Under the pieces are notes generated by a model, which worked only from the letters and a program-made list of their open reading frames with translations, searched no databases and was not told the origin of the DNA. A DNA stretch of 64,000 nucleotides. Source: Fistulifera solaris (taxonomy: Eukaryota). A program made the position numbers and the translations under genes. Location of the stretch: the NCBI GenBank assembly GCA_030295235.1, contig AP026123.1, forward strand, positions 1,860,001-1,924,000, given 5' to 3'. This document shows positions 62,008-64,000 of the stretch, in pieces (position 1 is the stretch's first letter; every line of letters starts with the position of its first letter).

Positions 62008-62743
62008 CGTGTGCTGAGTAATACTTAGGATGTGTACTACGGAGTAATGGTTATAGCTGTATCGTGAAGTGGAGAGAAGGGAAACAAGCCAACACAGTTA
62101 GTTGTTTCTCATAATCTTTCCTCAAAGAGCAAGAAGTAAGATGAACAATTGGATTATAAGCTGTAAATTACCTTGTACCCGAGATACAGCAGCATGCAGC
62201 ACGCGTTGTGTTTTGCGTGATAATTATTGATGATGTTGCTTGTTGGTGGAATACGGAAAAAAGTTTATGGTTTATGGCCATTTTCGCGTTTTTTGAACTG
62301 ACACTCGTACATTCGTTGTGTAGGCAGATCGCCCAATCATAATCACTGATTTCAATTATGGATATACTCTGTACATAATTGTATCCGATAAGTGTTCTGT
62401 TTTTGACGAATCCGTAGTAATGACGCAAACATGAAGTCAGAAATTTAACTATGGACATTATAGTATCATACTTCCTACTTATTACTATTTGCTAAAGACT
62501 CCTCGTTCCTCGTCACTCGCAACTCGGGACTGTGTCAAGAGTCAAGAGTCGTCGTCAAGTTTGATTGATCGAGTGATAAATATTTTCATTGCATTACAAT
62601 GCGATGCTCGATGCGATGCGATTGATCGATGATTATTGATTACTCCGGACAAGCACAGCTTCGTACTTCCTATAAATTATAGCTGCTCTTTTGTTTCAAA
62701 TAGAAATTTCAAGATACCGGTACCAGGTATCAATCAACTGATC

Positions 62744-63448
62744 ATGTTTATTCGACAATCTTTCTCTCTGTTGTACCTCGTGTTGCCCACCCTCGCCCTC
62801 ACGAATCTTCACTTTAAAATAAAGCGTTCCTGTTCACTTGCCGCTACTCTTATTTCGACGCGGAACGAGCTGGTTTGTGATATTGACAAAGCATTGTTTC
62901 GCAACCAGAACCCTGATTCTCTCTTGCAGCGTCTTGAAAATCTAAATAAACTGGACGCCCCGAATCGATCCCCCCAACACGCTGGGTTATGGTATGTGTG
63001 GTACACCGATTGCCCGCCACCGTCGAACGGAAAGCTCGGTCCTTTCTCCGGATCCTCCCAACAATTTATTTCCTCAGAAGGAAATGGCTACCAGAACTTA
63101 CTAGATGTCAATGGCTGGTTGACAGCCACATTAGACGGAAAATGGGAAGAATGGGACGGGCGGCTACTTGAAGAAAGTCCAATGGATGCAGAAAGTGACA
63201 CAAAAGAATCTCGGGACTGGGGTGCCAATCACTGGAAAGTGACATTCATCAGGCTGCAAATCGCTTTGTTTGGCTTGCCAATATTTACACAAACGTTTCC
63301 ACCGAAAACTTCTCGGATCTGGCGAACTACGTTTCTCGACGACGACATCCGGATTGTTCGAGCCGGAAGAACAGGCCGTCGCGAAGATGAATCCGTCTTT
63401 TATACCAAACGCACACCACCACCCGGCGGAAAGGTAGCATCGCCGTAA
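62744..63448 (+). CDS. PAP/fibrillin-like plastid lipid-associated protein
   Basis: Signal peptide, G.W.VWYT and W.TTFLDDDIRIVRAG motifs. Confidence 0.7.
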   Translation: MFIRQSFSLLYLVLPTLALTNLHFKIKRSCSLAATLISTRNELVCDIDKALFRNQNPDSLLQRLENLNKLDAPNRSPQHAGLWYVWYTDCPPPSNGKLGPFSGSSQQFISSEGNGYQNLLDVNGWLTATLDGKWEEWDGRLLEESPMDAESDTKESRDWGANHWKVTFIRLQIALFGLPIFTQTFPPKTSRIWRTTFLDDDIRIVRAGRTGRREDESVFYTKRTPPPGGKVASP

Positions 63449-63506
63449 ATAAATAGCATTCGAATGTTATATCTATTTTTAGCTTGCAAAAACTTCCCCT
63501 CACGTG

Positions 63507-64000
63507 TCATGTGGCGCGAAGATCAATAGGTCTTGAAGGATTGATTAGGTCATTTCGCACCTGAACGACAATCAGGCCTCGTCGTTCCCAATCTCCTGCC
63601 GTGCTTTCTGTATCCTGGGGACTCACAAATATGCGGAGATCGGAATCACCGTACAGTACGCGTAGCACCGATGATCCCTGAATGGGTAATTTCAAAGCGA
63701 ACGACCCCAGATGCAGCGACACTTGTGTCACCGTTACGATGTAATCGTCAGGGCACTCTTTTCGTAGCGACGATGGCTGTCCAAAACTCAACCAAGGAAA
63801 AGGCCCTCTGTTTTTCTTTTGCGCGACTGTTGCCTGAAAGGTTCCTTCCGCACGTAAATGTACGCTGGGTCCAAGCAGTTCACTGTAATTGACAACTCGC
63901 AGTGCTTCTCCGTCCTCAAAATACTGCTGACCCGCAACGGTTTGTTCCGGAACGAACGAAAGACGTTTCCAAAGCGGTGGTGATTGATTCGGGAGTACAA
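63507..64000 (-). CDS. C-terminal part of a PAP/fibrillin-like protein, truncated by the window edge
   Basis: LPIQGSSVLRVLYGDSDLRIF resembles the fibrillin C-terminal strand motif. Confidence 0.5.
   Translation of the reverse strand, partial: VLPNQSPPLWKRLSFVPEQTVAGQQYFEDGEALRVVNYSELLGPSVHLRAEGTFQATVAQKKNRGPFPWLSFGQPSSLRKECPDDYIVTVTQVSLHLGSFALKLPIQGSSVLRVLYGDSDLRIFVSPQDTESTAGDWERRGLIVVQVRNDLINPSRPIDLRAT

Overview
Gene-dense eukaryotic nuclear DNA from a diatom. This is inferred from the fucoxanthin-chlorophyll (LHC) genes, bipartite plastid-targeting presequences and short GT-AG introns; the repetitive gene family at 6-9 kb resembles expanded families in pennate diatoms such as Fistulifera. 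The window holds about 25 ordinary host genes, including GrxB-like, two LHCs, SNF7, PP2C, LSM4, isocitrate lyase, poly(A) polymerase, insulysin, ClpP, KTI12, a Nudix-AKR fusion, NTAN1, SPX-MFS, ATR, an M50 peptidase and an HMG-box protein. Many carry single-base frameshifts in homopolymer runs, probably sequencing errors. Two insertions stand out. (1) A ~5.8 kb element (about 18277-24113) splits a host tRNA-Gly(GCC) gene in its D-loop and carries its own intact, diverged tRNA-Gly(GCC). It encodes one spliced ~1313-aa protein with an internal ubiquitin, two HNH endonuclease domains and an AP2-like domain, and I see no transposase, integrase or reverse transcriptase. (2) A ~1.36 kb non-coding element (6745-8100) with palindromic repeat arrays and terminal hairpins interrupts a repetitive-family pseudogene. 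All protein assignments come from motif recognition by eye; no database searches were run.
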